IMG/VR virus record: IMGVR_UViG_3300009144_000037 | Strand: one strand, 5' to 3' | Source of the DNA: a virus | DNA: 64,000 nt | Part shown: positions 1 to 10,150 of the stretch, in pieces | Layout: each line of letters starts with the position of its first letter | Position numbering within the stretch: position 1 is the first letter of the stretch | The notes under the pieces: generated by a model | Databases searched by the model: none | Told to the model about the DNA's origin: nothing | The model's input: only the letters and a program-made list of their open reading frames with translations | Position numbers and translations under genes: made by a program

Positions 1-231
1 GCTATCCGCCTGCTCGTTGTCGTCCTGCCCCGGCGTGAACACGTCACCCGCGCTGTCCTCGCGCCCCGTGCGCGCCGGCGTGAAGAGGCGCCGGAGGTAG
101 CCTTGCAGGTCGGTCGAGTAGGGGCATTCGTCGGACGTCAGGTAGTTCGGATCGAACTCCATCAGCTGTTCGATCGCCCGCAGCTTGAGGGCCAGGCCTT
201 CTGGCAGGGCCGGATAGGTCCTATCTGTCAT
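1..231 (-). CDS. Hypothetical protein, runs off the left edge (MTDRTYPALPEGLALKLRAIEQLMEFDPNY...)
   Basis: ATG at 231 on the minus strand, open to position 1, GC3-rich codons; not in the ORF track. Confidence 0.65.
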   Translation of the reverse strand, partial: MTDRTYPALPEGLALKLRAIEQLMEFDPNYLTSDECPYSTDLQGYLRRLFTPARTGREDSAGDVFTPGQDDNEQADS

Positions 232-394
232 GATCGAAGTCCGCTCCGAGGGCTCGCTGACATAGTGGGTCGGTAGTCTTAATCCAAGGCGAGCGGAAGA
301 CGGACATTGCAGCAATGTACCTAAGAAGGTCGAATATCTAGTTCGATGATCTTGGGTGCCACCGGCGCTGCGGATGATCTGCTTGGGGGCGTAA

Positions 395-766
395 ATGGCT
401 GATCGTTATGGAGAAATCGGCAGGTACGAAACGGACCGTGCGGGGTCAGCTTCGCTCTGGCGTATCCGGCACCCGGATCACGCCTACTACGTGGCCTTCA
501 TCGGGGATGGGGATGGGGACCGCGTCCAGCGTGAGCACCTGCGCCTCGTCTTTCGTCTCGACGGGTCGCCGCCGCCCGAGGCCCTTCAGTTCGGGCGTCG
601 GCGTGACGCGGGGCAGTTCGCCCAGGCCTTCCTGATCCCTGAGATCCCCTGGATCTTCGAGCCCTCTGTGGCCCCCGCTCCGGCCTTGTGGAGCGAAAGC
701 GCGCCGCCCGACCATCTGCTCGAGGCCTTCCAGCGAGAGCTGGCCGAGGAGAGCCTTCGGCCGTGA
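395..766 (+). CDS. Hypothetical protein coupled to TerL (positional candidate for a packaging accessory protein or TerS)
   Basis: 123-aa ORF; stop overlaps the TerL GTG (GTGA at 763-766); no TerS motif recognised. Confidence 0.6.
   Translation: MADRYGEIGRYETDRAGSASLWRIRHPDHAYYVAFIGDGDGDRVQREHLRLVFRLDGSPPPEALQFGRRRDAGQFAQAFLIPEIPWIFEPSVAPAPALWSESAPPDHLLEAFQRELAEESLRP
423..437. promoter_or_regulatory. Box A variant GGTACG-AAA-CGGACC (inside gene)
   Basis: One mismatch to consensus. Confidence 0.6.
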
Positions 767-2475
767 ACCCGCACCTGACGACCTTCATCGCGGGGCTCGA
801 CGAGCGCTTTCCCGACGACAGCACGACCATGTCGATGTCGGAGTGGATCGGATCGAACACCAAGCTCCGGCAGCGGCCGTTCAGCTTCAAGGGGTTCGAG
901 TTCCAGCGTCAGATCGTGGACGACATGCATCCCGACCTGACGTGCATGAAGCTCTCGCAGATCGGCCTCACCGAGGTCCAGATGCGGAAGTTCTTCGGCT
1001 TCCTGAAGCGCAACGTCGGAACGTCCGGCATCTTCTCGATGCCCACGCTTCCAATGCGCGACCGCCTATCGCAGACCCGGATCAAGACCCTGATCGATGG
1101 CGAGTCCATCTTCAACGGGCCGATGGTCGCCAAGCCCGTGCGTCACAAGGGGCTTTATCAGGTCGACGAGAGCTTCGGGTACATCACCGGCACCACCGAG
1201 GGCGAGGCGACCTCAATCTCGGCCGACATCCTCATGGAGGACGAGGTCGATCTGGCCGACCAGTCCATGCGCTCGCTCTTCCAGTCGCGCCTCCAGGGCT
1301 CGCTCTGGAAGATCACGCAGCGCTTCTCGACGCCCACCTACCTCGGCTACGGGATCGACGCCGCCTACCAGGCGTCCGACAAGCACGAGTGGTTCATCCG
1401 CTGTGCCTGCGGGCACCATCAGGTGCCGATCTTCCATCCTCGGTTCCTCTGCCTGCCGGGGCTGCGAGGAGACCATGAGGATCTCTCGAAGCTCTCTCAG
1501 GAGCAGGTCGATGCCATCGACATGGACGGCACCTACGTCCGCTGCGAGAAGTGCTCCCGGCCGCTCGATCTCGGCGCGCCCGGGCGCGAGTGGATCCCGG
1601 AGTTCCCTTCGCGGCGAGCCCGGGGCTATCGCGTCCGGCCCTTCTCGATCACCACGATCACGATCCCCTACATCTTCCGCATGCTGCTGGAGTACCAGCG
1701 CAAGGACAATCTGAAGGGCTGGCACAACACCGTCATCGGCGAGGCCTTCAACGACAGCAACGCCCGGATCAGCGAGGAAGACCTCATCGCCATCATGACG
1801 CCTCGGCAGGTCGAGGCCGGCGAGCTGGGATCGGGCGACCTCTTCCTGGGCTGCGACGTCGGGCAGACCTGTCACGTCGTCATCGGGAAGCCGAACGCTC
1901 TCCTCGAGTTCCACCAGGTTCCACAGCACGACATCGTCGAGTTCGTGAAGGGCCGCGTGGAGACGCTGGGCATCATCCAGGGGGGCATCGACATGTACCC
2001 CTATACCCCGACCGCCGAGGCGATCCGCGACGTCACGAACGGCGTGATCATGCCTATGGCCTACTCGACGTCCAAGGTCGCGCCGGCGGTGAAGGAGCAG
2101 GTCGACGAGTTCGAGGTGATCACCCACTACACCATCAACCGGACGCAGGCTCTCGATCTGGTCGCGAAGCAGTGCCGGCTCCGCACCTGGCAGCTGGCCG
2201 GATACGGTCCTTTCGCCTCGCTCGTGAAGACCCACTTCCGTGACATGATCCGCATCGAGGCTCCCGACGAGCCTCCGGTCTGGAACAAGATCAATGGAGA
2301 TGATCACTTTCTGCATGCCGCTGCTTTGCAGCAGACGGCAGTTCGTCTGCGTGCGGGCATCGAGTTTTCGACCGATCAAAGATCTTCTGTTTTCTTAGGA
2401 GGCGGCTCACGGTTGTTCCAGCCTGTCGGTCGACCCATATTTCGTGGCGCTGATCATGCCGGGGTTCTACGCTAG
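763..2475 (+). CDS. terL: Terminase large subunit, lambda GpA-like
   Basis: GpA-type Walker A variant KLSQIGLTE, Walker B ILMEDEVD, FSTPT coupling motif, CxxC Zn motifs, nuclease GCDVG...DDHFLHA; start placed at GTG 763. Confidence 0.9.
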   Translation: MNPHLTTFIAGLDERFPDDSTTMSMSEWIGSNTKLRQRPFSFKGFEFQRQIVDDMHPDLTCMKLSQIGLTEVQMRKFFGFLKRNVGTSGIFSMPTLPMRDRLSQTRIKTLIDGESIFNGPMVAKPVRHKGLYQVDESFGYITGTTEGEATSISADILMEDEVDLADQSMRSLFQSRLQGSLWKITQRFSTPTYLGYGIDAAYQASDKHEWFIRCACGHHQVPIFHPRFLCLPGLRGDHEDLSKLSQEQVDAIDMDGTYVRCEKCSRPLDLGAPGREWIPEFPSRRARGYRVRPFSITTITIPYIFRMLLEYQRKDNLKGWHNTVIGEAFNDSNARISEEDLIAIMTPRQVEAGELGSGDLFLGCDVGQTCHVVIGKPNALLEFHQVPQHDIVEFVKGRVETLGIIQGGIDMYPYTPTAEAIRDVTNGVIMPMAYSTSKVAPAVKEQVDEFEVITHYTINRTQALDLVAKQCRLRTWQLAGYGPFASLVKTHFRDMIRIEAPDEPPVWNKINGDDHFLHAAALQQTAVRLRAGIEFSTDQRSSVFLGGGSRLFQPVGRPIFRGADHAGVLR

Positions 2476-4049
2476 TGGCCGACAATCTTGCATCGAAGCT
2501 GCTGGCGATCGTACCCTTCAAGAAGAAGGCGCGTGCCGGCGGTACTGCGAACACGCCGACCTACAATCCGCAGAACGCGGATCAGGTCCTGACGCTGCCG
2601 CAGTACCGTGACCACCAGGACGATCTCTTTCAGGACCGTCTGGCGGACAACAGCCAGAGCCTCATCAAGAAGATGATGCAGAACGACCCGGACATGTCCG
2701 GGACCGTGAACGGCTACCTGACGCTCGCCGACACCCAGATGATCGTCTACGCCGAGGATCTGGACGGCAATGTCGACGAGGAGAAGAGCCGCGAGCTGCA
2801 GCAGCTCGTGACGAAGCTCTCTCACCAGACGGACTATACCCTCGGCTTTCAGCTTCGGCAGGGCATCTACCGTCAGGCTGAAGAGCTTCGCTACATGCTC
2901 CTGATGCGGGGCGCGATCGGGGGCGAGCTGGTCTTCGATAAGGCCGGGACACCCGACCATATTCGCAATGTCGACATGGCCGGCATCCGCTGGGTCGAGA
3001 AGAAGCCCGGCGACTACAAGCCGGGCCAGGTCGTGCCCGGCGTCTCGGATCCTGTCCCGATCGACACGCCCGCCTTCATGGTGGCGTTCTATCGGCGCGA
3101 TCCCACCGCGATCTACACCGTCTCCCCGTTCGTCTCGGCGATCAACACCATCGCCGCGCGACAGCAGGTCATCAACGACCTCTACCGCATCATGCGCGCG
3201 ACCGGGTATCCGCGCATCGAGATCAAGGTGCTCGAGGAGATCCTGACCAAGAACATGCCGGCGACCTATCGCCAGCCTGGCAGGGAGCAGGAGAAGCAGG
3301 ACTGGCTGAATGCGCGCTACGGCGAGATCCAGTCCGCCTTCGACAACATCGCGGTAGACCAGAGCCTCGTCCACTCGGATGCCGTCGAGCTGAAGATGCT
3401 CAATGACAAGGCGCCGGGGACGGCGCTCAACATCACGCCGATCATCGAGGTGCTGAACGCCCAGAACCAGGCCGCACTCAAGACCATGAGCACGATCCTA
3501 GGTCGAGGCAGCTCGGGCGTGAACACGGGCTCCGTCGAGGCGCGCCTGGCCGCTCTCTACGCCGACCAGCTGAACGAGCCCCTGGCCGACTTCTACGGTC
3601 GGATGTTCTCCTTCGTCCTGCACCAGGACGGCTACCAGGGCTTCGCTCGCGTCGAGTTCGATCCTGCCGAGCTGCGCCCATGGACCGAACTCGAGCCGCA
3701 GCTCACGCTTCGCTCGCAGCGCCTGCGCCAGGACCTCTCGGACGGCCTCATCACGGACGTCGAGTACCATCTCTGGGTCTACAAGCGACTGCCGCCGCCG
3801 GGCGCTCCGCAGCTCTCAGGGACCGGTTTCTTGTCGGCCATCGAGAGCGCGCCGGCCGGCGATACCTCGGGCACGACCAAGGCGAAGCCCGAGGACGTCA
3901 GCCCGAAGACGGACAGTGTCGGTCGTGCCTCGAGTCCGCCGCGCACGCGCGCCACGGCCGCCAACCGCCGGCAGACGCGACGCCTGGCGATGGCAAGTCT
4001 CACCGGGCAAGCCTACAAGATGATCGAGGAGCAACGTACTGACCCCTAA
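2475..4049 (+). CDS. Portal protein
   Basis: 524 aa directly after TerL (1-nt overlap); size and synteny. Confidence 0.8.
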   Translation: MADNLASKLLAIVPFKKKARAGGTANTPTYNPQNADQVLTLPQYRDHQDDLFQDRLADNSQSLIKKMMQNDPDMSGTVNGYLTLADTQMIVYAEDLDGNVDEEKSRELQQLVTKLSHQTDYTLGFQLRQGIYRQAEELRYMLLMRGAIGGELVFDKAGTPDHIRNVDMAGIRWVEKKPGDYKPGQVVPGVSDPVPIDTPAFMVAFYRRDPTAIYTVSPFVSAINTIAARQQVINDLYRIMRATGYPRIEIKVLEEILTKNMPATYRQPGREQEKQDWLNARYGEIQSAFDNIAVDQSLVHSDAVELKMLNDKAPGTALNITPIIEVLNAQNQAALKTMSTILGRGSSGVNTGSVEARLAALYADQLNEPLADFYGRMFSFVLHQDGYQGFARVEFDPAELRPWTELEPQLTLRSQRLRQDLSDGLITDVEYHLWVYKRLPPPGAPQLSGTGFLSAIESAPAGDTSGTTKAKPEDVSPKTDSVGRASSPPRTRATAANRRQTRRLAMASLTGQAYKMIEEQRTDP

Positions 4050-4071
4050 TTGTTAGGGGCACGTACGTTGC
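4031..4071. repeat. 41-bp imperfect palindrome over the portal stop (GCAACGTAC-tga-CCCCTAA-ttg-TTAGGGG-cac-GTACGTTGC)
   Basis: Read directly from the sequence. Confidence 0.9.
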
Positions 4072-4135
4072 TGTCGTGTTGAAGCATAAGGCGGTTATTC
4101 CTATCTCGCTGCAAGCTCAACACGGACCCCTTGTT

Positions 4136-5296
4136 GTGAAGCAGCTCACCCTCAACGACGAACTGAAGGCCCGCGTCAAGTCCGCGGCGCCGGACGTCGA
4201 CCCGGAGAAGGTGGCGATTTTCGAGGCCGCGGCGCTTTCCACGGCGCCCGTCCGCAAGAAGCACCCGGTCTACATGGGTGCGGTCCACACGACGAATTTC
4301 CTCGCCCAGATGCTGGGCGAGCTGACCAAGGAGAGCCGGCCGCTGCAGATCATGCACGGCAGCTCGGACGGAGATCAGCTCCCTATCGGGCGGGTCTTCG
4401 CCGGCAACATCTCCGAGGGAACGGGGATCGACGGCGCGACCGAGTTGCTGACCCTGTTCTGGATCGACAACACCCACTCGGATCTGATCGCGAAGGTCAA
4501 TTCGGGCACCATCGACCAGGTGAGCGTCGCGATCCTGGGCAAGTCGGCGAAGTCCAACAAGACCGGCTTCGACTTCATGGGGCCGAAGGCTGACATTGAG
4601 AACATCTGGGGCGGTGTCGACGACAAGGGCAACCGCATGGGCCACGACGGGGCGCATGTGATTGTCGACGAACTGGACAGCTGGTTTGAGATGAGTCTGG
4701 TCGGCCAGGGCGGCGCGCAGGGTGCCCGCATCAAGGGCAACCGGCTTCAGCTCTCGGCCTCAGGGCAGGAGGTCCCCCAGCTGACCCTCGAGCTTTCCAC
4801 CGGGTCGGCGGCGCCGACGCCGATCAAGACCGACCCGCAGAAGGACCTATTCGACATGGACGCCAAGGATTTCGCCGGCATCATCGCCGAGAACGCGACC
4901 AAGCTGGCCAACGCCGAGGCCGCGGCGAAGACCGAGAAGGAGCGCGCCGACGCGCTGCAGACGCAGCTCACCGCGGCGCAGTCGGAGCTGACCGAGCTGA
5001 AGGGCTCGGACCAGGCCGCGAAGCTCACCGCCGCCGAGGCCAAGGCGACCGACCTCCAGACCAAGCTCGACGCCGCGCTCGCCCTCCCCGGCAAGCTCGT
5101 CGCCCCGCTCTTCACCATGCTCGGCCAGACGAGCGCGACGCTCGATGCCGACCCGGACAAGGCCGTGACGCAGGTTCGCGAGGCGCTCGACGGCGTCAAG
5201 GCGATCGGCGCCCGGCTGTCCGGCGGCCTCGCTCAGCTCGGCTCGGCGCCCGCCCGCTCCAACAGCAACGCCGGCTTCAAGCGGCGCGCCTCGTAA
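4136..5296 (+). CDS. Prohead protease/scaffold fusion
   Basis: N-terminal protease-like region (H..D...PIGRVF, VSVA, EMSLV.QG) plus Ala-rich coiled-coil C-terminus; lies between portal and MCP; probable GTG start at 4136 (ORF track 4076). Confidence 0.75.
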   Translation: MKQLTLNDELKARVKSAAPDVDPEKVAIFEAAALSTAPVRKKHPVYMGAVHTTNFLAQMLGELTKESRPLQIMHGSSDGDQLPIGRVFAGNISEGTGIDGATELLTLFWIDNTHSDLIAKVNSGTIDQVSVAILGKSAKSNKTGFDFMGPKADIENIWGGVDDKGNRMGHDGAHVIVDELDSWFEMSLVGQGGAQGARIKGNRLQLSASGQEVPQLTLELSTGSAAPTPIKTDPQKDLFDMDAKDFAGIIAENATKLANAEAAAKTEKERADALQTQLTAAQSELTELKGSDQAAKLTAAEAKATDLQTKLDAALALPGKLVAPLFTMLGQTSATLDADPDKAVTQVREALDGVKAIGARLSGGLAQLGSAPARSNSNAGFKRRAS

Positions 5297-5345
5297 GCGC
5301 CGGCTCCCGCCGCCCCGCAACACGATCTGACAGGAGCCAACGGCC

Positions 5346-5762
5346 ATGTCCGCCCCCTTCCACAAGACCGTTCACGTCCACTCGATCAAGAACGAGCCCT
5401 TCAACCGCACGATGGTCTTCACGCTGCCCAACGGCATCAGCAAGACCGACGTTCTGGGCCGCCTCGTGGAGCCGGACCCGGCGGTCCCCTGCGGGATGAA
5501 GCTCCTGACGGACGGTGCCCAGATCCACGGCAGCGTGGCTCGCATCGACGTCTACGAGGATCGCGGCATGATCACCGCCCAGTTCCGGTTCTCCGAGCTG
5601 GTCCCGATCCTCGCCAACGACACCCTCGCTCAGGGCGATCCCGTGGTCGGCGCCGGTAACGGCTTCGTGAAGAAGGGTGTCGCGGGCAACAGCCCCGGCG
5701 TCTTCGTCGCCGAGGTTCTGACGATCAAGGGCGTGAAGTACGCGTCCATCGTCAAGCTCTGA
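5346..5762 (+). CDS. Head decoration/cement protein
   Basis: 138 aa between protease and MCP; Gly-rich beta-type C-terminus. Confidence 0.6.
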   Translation: MSAPFHKTVHVHSIKNEPFNRTMVFTLPNGISKTDVLGRLVEPDPAVPCGMKLLTDGAQIHGSVARIDVYEDRGMITAQFRFSELVPILANDTLAQGDPVVGAGNGFVKKGVAGNSPGVFVAEVLTIKGVKYASIVKL

Positions 5763-5768
5763 TCAATA

Positions 5769-5792
5769 CCGACCGGGTCGTTACTCGGTCGG
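5769..5792 (+). other. 9-bp hairpin upstream of the MCP gene, no U-tract (possible mRNA stabiliser or processing site)
   Basis: CCGACCGGG-tcgtta-CTCGGTCGG with one G-U pair. Confidence 0.45.
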
Positions 5793-5822
5793 CCCAACGC
5801 AACAACTGTGTTCAACCCTAGT

Positions 5823-5837
5823 GGTACGTTCCGTACC
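5823..5837. promoter_or_regulatory. Box A GGTACG-TTC-CGTACC, 26 nt before the MCP ATG
   Basis: Perfect palindrome. Confidence 0.8.
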
Positions 5838-5863
5838 AAGAACAGCCCGAGGAGTACGGGACA

Positions 5864-7072
5864 ATGACCATCCGCCCCCTGCATGAGCTTGCCGCGGCTC
5901 GCCAGTCCCCTGAGGGCCTTCTGGCCGGTCTGGCGCTGCGCAACGACGAGGACGGCTCGATCCGGGCCGGCAAGCAGCTGATCTCCAGCGCCCGCTCCTA
6001 CGGCCTGGAGATGCGCGACTACCTGCGGCTCGCCATCGACCCGACGAAGTCGGAGAACCGCGACAACTACGAGGAGCTGAACGGCTACGAGGCCGCGCTC
6101 AAGTTCCTCAACCTGCCGATCGGCGACGACTTCGACAGCGGCGTCACCCTCGACCTCGCCTCGGACACCTTCCAGTACAGCCCCGGCACCCGGGCGCTGT
6201 TCCCGGAGGTCGTGGACGACCTCATCCGTTCGACCTCGCGCCAGGTCGACTACGAGACCCTGCCCTCGCTCGTCGGCTCCAGCCGGACCATCAACGGCGT
6301 GGAGATGATCTCGACGGTCATCAACGACGAGAACGCCGACGACTTCAAGGTCATCGGGCCGGTCACCGAGTTCGGCCGGTTCCGCATCGGGTCCATCTCG
6401 ACGAGCGAGAAGCGCGTCAAGATGTACAAGATCGGCGGCGGCTACCGGACCTCCTACGAGTTCCAGCGGCGCTCCCGCCTCGACCTGCTCACGCCCTATG
6501 CGGCGCGCATGATGCGTGAGCTGGAGCTGTCGAAGGTCGGCCTCGCCACGGAGCTGCTCGTCAACGGCGACACCGTCAACCCGGCCGCCGTCGTCAAGAC
6601 CCAGTCGTCCTTCAACGGCACGCCCGGTGTCCCGAACGCGACCGCCGGACGGATCTCCTACCTGCACCTCCTGCAGTGGCTCGTGTCGCGGGCCAAGGCC
6701 GGTGTCCCGATCGACACGGTCGTCGGCAACTGGGACAGCTACATCCAGTGGCTGTTCATGTTCGCCCTGCCGACCGCGGGCGCGGCGACCACGACCGACG
6801 CCGAGAACCTCGCGGCGACCGGCTTCCGCATCGGTGGTGTGCCGCTGCTCAACGGCCAGATCAACTTCGTGCTCTCCACCACGGCGCCGGCCGGACAGCT
6901 CATCGGCATCCGCCGGTCCGAGACCCTGGAGCAGCTGACGGAGGCGGGCTCGCTCATCAACGAGAGCGAGCGCGCGATCCAGGAGCAGTCGATCACCTAC
7001 GTCAAGTCGGAGGTCTCCGGCTTCCGCCTGGTCTTCGGCGACACCCGCGAGATCTACAACTACAACGCGTAA
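5864..7072 (+). CDS. Major capsid protein
   Basis: 402 aa, strong SD (GAGGAG), highly biased codons, KIGGGY.TSYE segment typical of HK97-fold capsids; synteny. Confidence 0.85.
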   Translation: MTIRPLHELAAARQSPEGLLAGLALRNDEDGSIRAGKQLISSARSYGLEMRDYLRLAIDPTKSENRDNYEELNGYEAALKFLNLPIGDDFDSGVTLDLASDTFQYSPGTRALFPEVVDDLIRSTSRQVDYETLPSLVGSSRTINGVEMISTVINDENADDFKVIGPVTEFGRFRIGSISTSEKRVKMYKIGGGYRTSYEFQRRSRLDLLTPYAARMMRELELSKVGLATELLVNGDTVNPAAVVKTQSSFNGTPGVPNATAGRISYLHLLQWLVSRAKAGVPIDTVVGNWDSYIQWLFMFALPTAGAATTTDAENLAATGFRIGGVPLLNGQINFVLSTTAPAGQLIGIRRSETLEQLTEAGSLINESERAIQEQSITYVKSEVSGFRLVFGDTREIYNYNA

Positions 7073-7094
7073 GTTGTAGGCGCTGTCTCGAGCA

Positions 7095-7127
7095 CCCGCC
7101 GCGCAGTTGTGTGCGGCGGGACTATTT
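7095..7127 (+). terminator. Probable weak intrinsic terminator after MCP
   Basis: 11-bp GC stem CCCGCCGCGCA/TGTGCGGCGGG followed by ACTATTT. Confidence 0.55.
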
Positions 7128-7144
7128 CGCGGAGGGTCGCACCT

Positions 7145-7516
7145 ATGAAGATCCTAGTCAGTACCAACGGCCCGTTCCAGCTCATGAACTCGGCCCGCGA
7201 GGAGCTGGTCCGTGCTGACGGCATCACCGTGGTCGAGAAGTCCCTGCACTGGTCCGAGTTCATCTCGCTCGGGAAGGTCGAGGTTCACGCTCAGGTCAAC
7301 GACGAGGCGACGGATGCGGAATGGCTGGAGACGCTCGCTGCCAGCGATGGTGACGAGGAGCTGGCTCTCGCGAGCTTCCTGGATCGCTACCCCGTGGACG
7401 CCGAGAGCGCCCGGCGGCCCGAGAGCAAGCCCGTCCCGCCCTCGACCAAGCAGGTCGAGCACAACGCGCCGAAGAAGGGCCGTCAGGCCAGCCCCGCAGC
7501 GTCGAAGCAGGAGTGA
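7145..7516 (+). CDS. Hypothetical virion-module protein
   Basis: ATG 7145 after GGAGGG; acidic core, basic tail. Confidence 0.7.
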   Translation: MKILVSTNGPFQLMNSAREELVRADGITVVEKSLHWSEFISLGKVEVHAQVNDEATDAEWLETLAASDGDEELALASFLDRYPVDAESARRPESKPVPPSTKQVEHNAPKKGRQASPAASKQE

Positions 7517-7519
7517 CCT

Positions 7520-8272
7520 GTGGACGTCCTACCTTCAACCCCCGTGACGCTCTGGGTCGATTTCGAGGCGCCACAGGGGCTGGTGGTCCCGGACGTCGGC
7601 TCGGTCAAGTACAGCCTGTATGATGGCGCGGGTGCCCCACTGACCATCGCTCAGGCTCTGGCCCCGGAGGCGGACGCCACCGGGGTCTCTATCCCCATCC
7701 TCGCCATTCACCAGACCATCGCGTTGGATCGTAGCTTCGAGCGCCGGCAGGTCGTGGTGACCTTCACGGCCGAAGGCTGTGGCTACCAGAAGCGCCTCGC
7801 CTACCGCGTCGTCGAGCTGCCCCTGCACAGCGTCGTGCCGGACGATGTCCGAGCCTACCTCGGCATCAACGAGGACGAGCTGCGCGACGACGAGGTTGAT
7901 CTTTTCGCGGCCGGCTTGGTCCTCGAGGGCCTCGTAGGGAAGGATCGCCTGGAGGCGGCGCTGACGTCTGGCACGTTGGCCGAGGTGCGCGCCACACGCG
8001 CCGTCGTGCTGTCGGCCGCTCAGCTGCTCTTCCCGGGCCTGCGATACCGGATCGCGCAGTCGAAGACGGACGGGACCCTCAAGTTCGAGCGGTTAAAAGA
8101 GGCTGGCACCTTCGATGCGCTGGTGGCGGCGACTGCCGACGAGCTGACCGGGATCGCCGTCGAGATGGGCTACGTCGGACCCGATGTGGGAGCCATCCCG
8201 GCCCTGCAGCTCGGCATCGTCACGACCGATCCGGTCACCGGCGTCGCGCCCGCCACCAGCATCGGGGGCTGA
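7520..8272 (+). CDS. Putative head-tail adaptor
   Basis: Synteny; V...DVRAYLGI..DEL.D motif typical of adaptor proteins. Confidence 0.6.
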   Translation: MDVLPSTPVTLWVDFEAPQGLVVPDVGSVKYSLYDGAGAPLTIAQALAPEADATGVSIPILAIHQTIALDRSFERRQVVVTFTAEGCGYQKRLAYRVVELPLHSVVPDDVRAYLGINEDELRDDEVDLFAAGLVLEGLVGKDRLEAALTSGTLAEVRATRAVVLSAAQLLFPGLRYRIAQSKTDGTLKFERLKEAGTFDALVAATADELTGIAVEMGYVGPDVGAIPALQLGIVTTDPVTGVAPATSIGG

Positions 8273-8276
8273 GCCC

Positions 8277-8834
8277 GTGCCGAAGCTGCTGTCGCGTCTT
8301 CAGGCGCAGAATGAGATCTGGCTCAAGAAGCTCGGCAAGGCGACCCGCTTTCGCGGCGTCATTTTTCCGGTCAACCCGACCGCCCTGCCGACCAGCGTCT
8401 TCGTTCTACCGCGGCTCGGTCTGCGCACGCGCCCGCGCGAGCCCGTCAAGGCGCGTGATCTTTTCCAGGACCCAGCGAACCGGATCATGCTCGTCGGTAA
8501 TTGGGAGCTGCCTCTCGCCCACGACGATGTCGTGTCGCGCTGCTTCGTGCTGTTCCAGATGACCGCAGAGGTCTCCTGGCAGCGGCGGGCTAGCGCCACG
8601 ATGAACCCTGTCACCGGACTCCCCCAGGCGGCGGGAGCTTTCGTGGAGCTGGGACCGATCTGGGTGTCGATCGAGAATTACACGCATGGCAACGAGGACC
8701 CGGGCCTGCGGGTGCCCACCGACCGGCTGCGGCTGATCACGGGCGCCCGCGTGCAGCTTGGCGACGTCGTGAACGGCAAGACCGTGAAGCGGCTGAACCC
8801 GGCGCTGGGGGTCTCGATCGCCGAGATCGAGTGA
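8277..8834 (+). CDS. Putative head closure/stopper protein
   Basis: Synteny; GTG at 8277. Confidence 0.5.
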   Translation: MPKLLSRLQAQNEIWLKKLGKATRFRGVIFPVNPTALPTSVFVLPRLGLRTRPREPVKARDLFQDPANRIMLVGNWELPLAHDDVVSRCFVLFQMTAEVSWQRRASATMNPVTGLPQAAGAFVELGPIWVSIENYTHGNEDPGLRVPTDRLRLITGARVQLGDVVNGKTVKRLNPALGVSIAEIE

Positions 8835-8838
8835 TGCC

Positions 8839-9708
8839 GTGCCTGACTTCACCCTCCTGTTCAGGGTCGGCGGTAGGCGCGCCAACACAGTCGACCAAGA
8901 CCCCAGCTTCGTAGCCGCGAAGAGCGTAGAGCTGCTGCGTGCTCAGGCGGAGAAGAAAGGCGTCGAGCGGACCGCCGAAGGCATCTTCGCCGCTCGAGAT
9001 GACATCGTCCGGGACATTGCTCAAGACGCCGATCGCTTCGGTTCGCAGGCCGCCCGCGTCTTCACCAAGATCCGGTCACCGGCGAGCGGCACCATCACGA
9101 CGGCGCTCGACGGCATCAGCCGGGCATCGGCGGTCTCCTCGACCGATAGCGCCTCCTCACGCCTTAAGGGGAAGACGACCGTCGAGTGGGTAGCTCTCAC
9201 CAAGCGAACGCTGGAAAACAAGCGCCGCCGGATGGTGTCGAGCCGGCGGCGCCGGGGCGCGGTCTCTGCCGGCCAGCCGGACACCTTCTTCGTGGACACC
9301 GGCAACCTGCGCAAGGTCCTCCTCGACTACTTCGGCCCTGCCCTGGCTTCGCTCGTCGACCCGAAGATCATCGTGCGACGAGGTCCTCGGAAGGTCACCG
9401 TGTCACTCTCCATCCTTGCCCAGGCGTCCGGCAAGGAGAAGGCCGGCGTGAGCCCTCAATCGCTTCCGGGGGCCTATGGTGACGGGGGCGCTCGAAGCGA
9501 GAGCCTGTTCGTCCGATACCTCAAGAAGGTCGGCGCACCGGACCGCGATCCCAAGCATCCCCTGCTCTACAAGCTCGAGAACCCGCATGGCACCCATCGT
9601 CCCTTCTTCCAGAACACCCTGATCTTCTGGATCAGCAATCGACTCCCCATAGTCCTGGACAAGTCCCTGCGGAAGGCCTTGAGCCGGCGTGTCAAGAAGG
9701 TGACCTAA
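8839..9708 (+). CDS. Putative tail completion/neck protein (very basic)
   Basis: Synteny; DTGNLR and RPFF motifs as in HK97 gp10-like proteins. Confidence 0.55.
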   Translation: MPDFTLLFRVGGRRANTVDQDPSFVAAKSVELLRAQAEKKGVERTAEGIFAARDDIVRDIAQDADRFGSQAARVFTKIRSPASGTITTALDGISRASAVSSTDSASSRLKGKTTVEWVALTKRTLENKRRRMVSSRRRRGAVSAGQPDTFFVDTGNLRKVLLDYFGPALASLVDPKIIVRRGPRKVTVSLSILAQASGKEKAGVSPQSLPGAYGDGGARSESLFVRYLKKVGAPDRDPKHPLLYKLENPHGTHRPFFQNTLIFWISNRLPIVLDKSLRKALSRRVKKVT

Positions 9709-9709
9709 G

Positions 9710-10150
9710 ATGTTCAAGATCGCTCGCCTATCGACGGTCCGAATGATCATCGACACGGCAGCTCAGTTCGGCTCCGACGTTCAGTACACGGAGTGGGATG
9801 GTCATGCCGAAGACTTCAAGCTTCCGAATAAGGATCTCGTCGGTCTTGTTGGCTTCTCTTGTACGGAGAACGACAAGTTCCACGACCTGAACTTCGGGAT
9901 CGGCATCATGGTCATCGACGACCCCAGCCTTGTCCGAGCGACCAACTACGCGGACCTCTTCTATCAGCGTCTTCAGGCGCAGAAGCGGTTCCCGATGTTC
10001 AACGACGATGGATCACGGACCGGTTTCGAGGCCGTGATCTTCGACGGAACCTCCGTCTCGCCGATGACGCGCGTGGACTATCGTCCGACGTTCGACATCC
10101 AGGTCAGCGCGCGCGTCACGCGAGCGGGGACGCTACCGGCTCAGACGTGA
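9710..10150 (+). CDS. Putative tail terminator protein
   Basis: 146 aa directly before the major tail protein. Confidence 0.55.
   Translation: MFKIARLSTVRMIIDTAAQFGSDVQYTEWDGHAEDFKLPNKDLVGLVGFSCTENDKFHDLNFGIGIMVIDDPSLVRATNYADLFYQRLQAQKRFPMFNDDGSRTGFEAVIFDGTSVSPMTRVDYRPTFDIQVSARVTRAGTLPAQT

Noticed and set aside
688-762. TerL start given by the ORF track
   Set aside because: Would overlap the upstream gene by 79 nt; the GTGA coupling at 763 is more plausible
395-766. Firm terminase small subunit call
   Set aside because: Positional evidence only; no HTH or coiled-coil TerS pattern recognised
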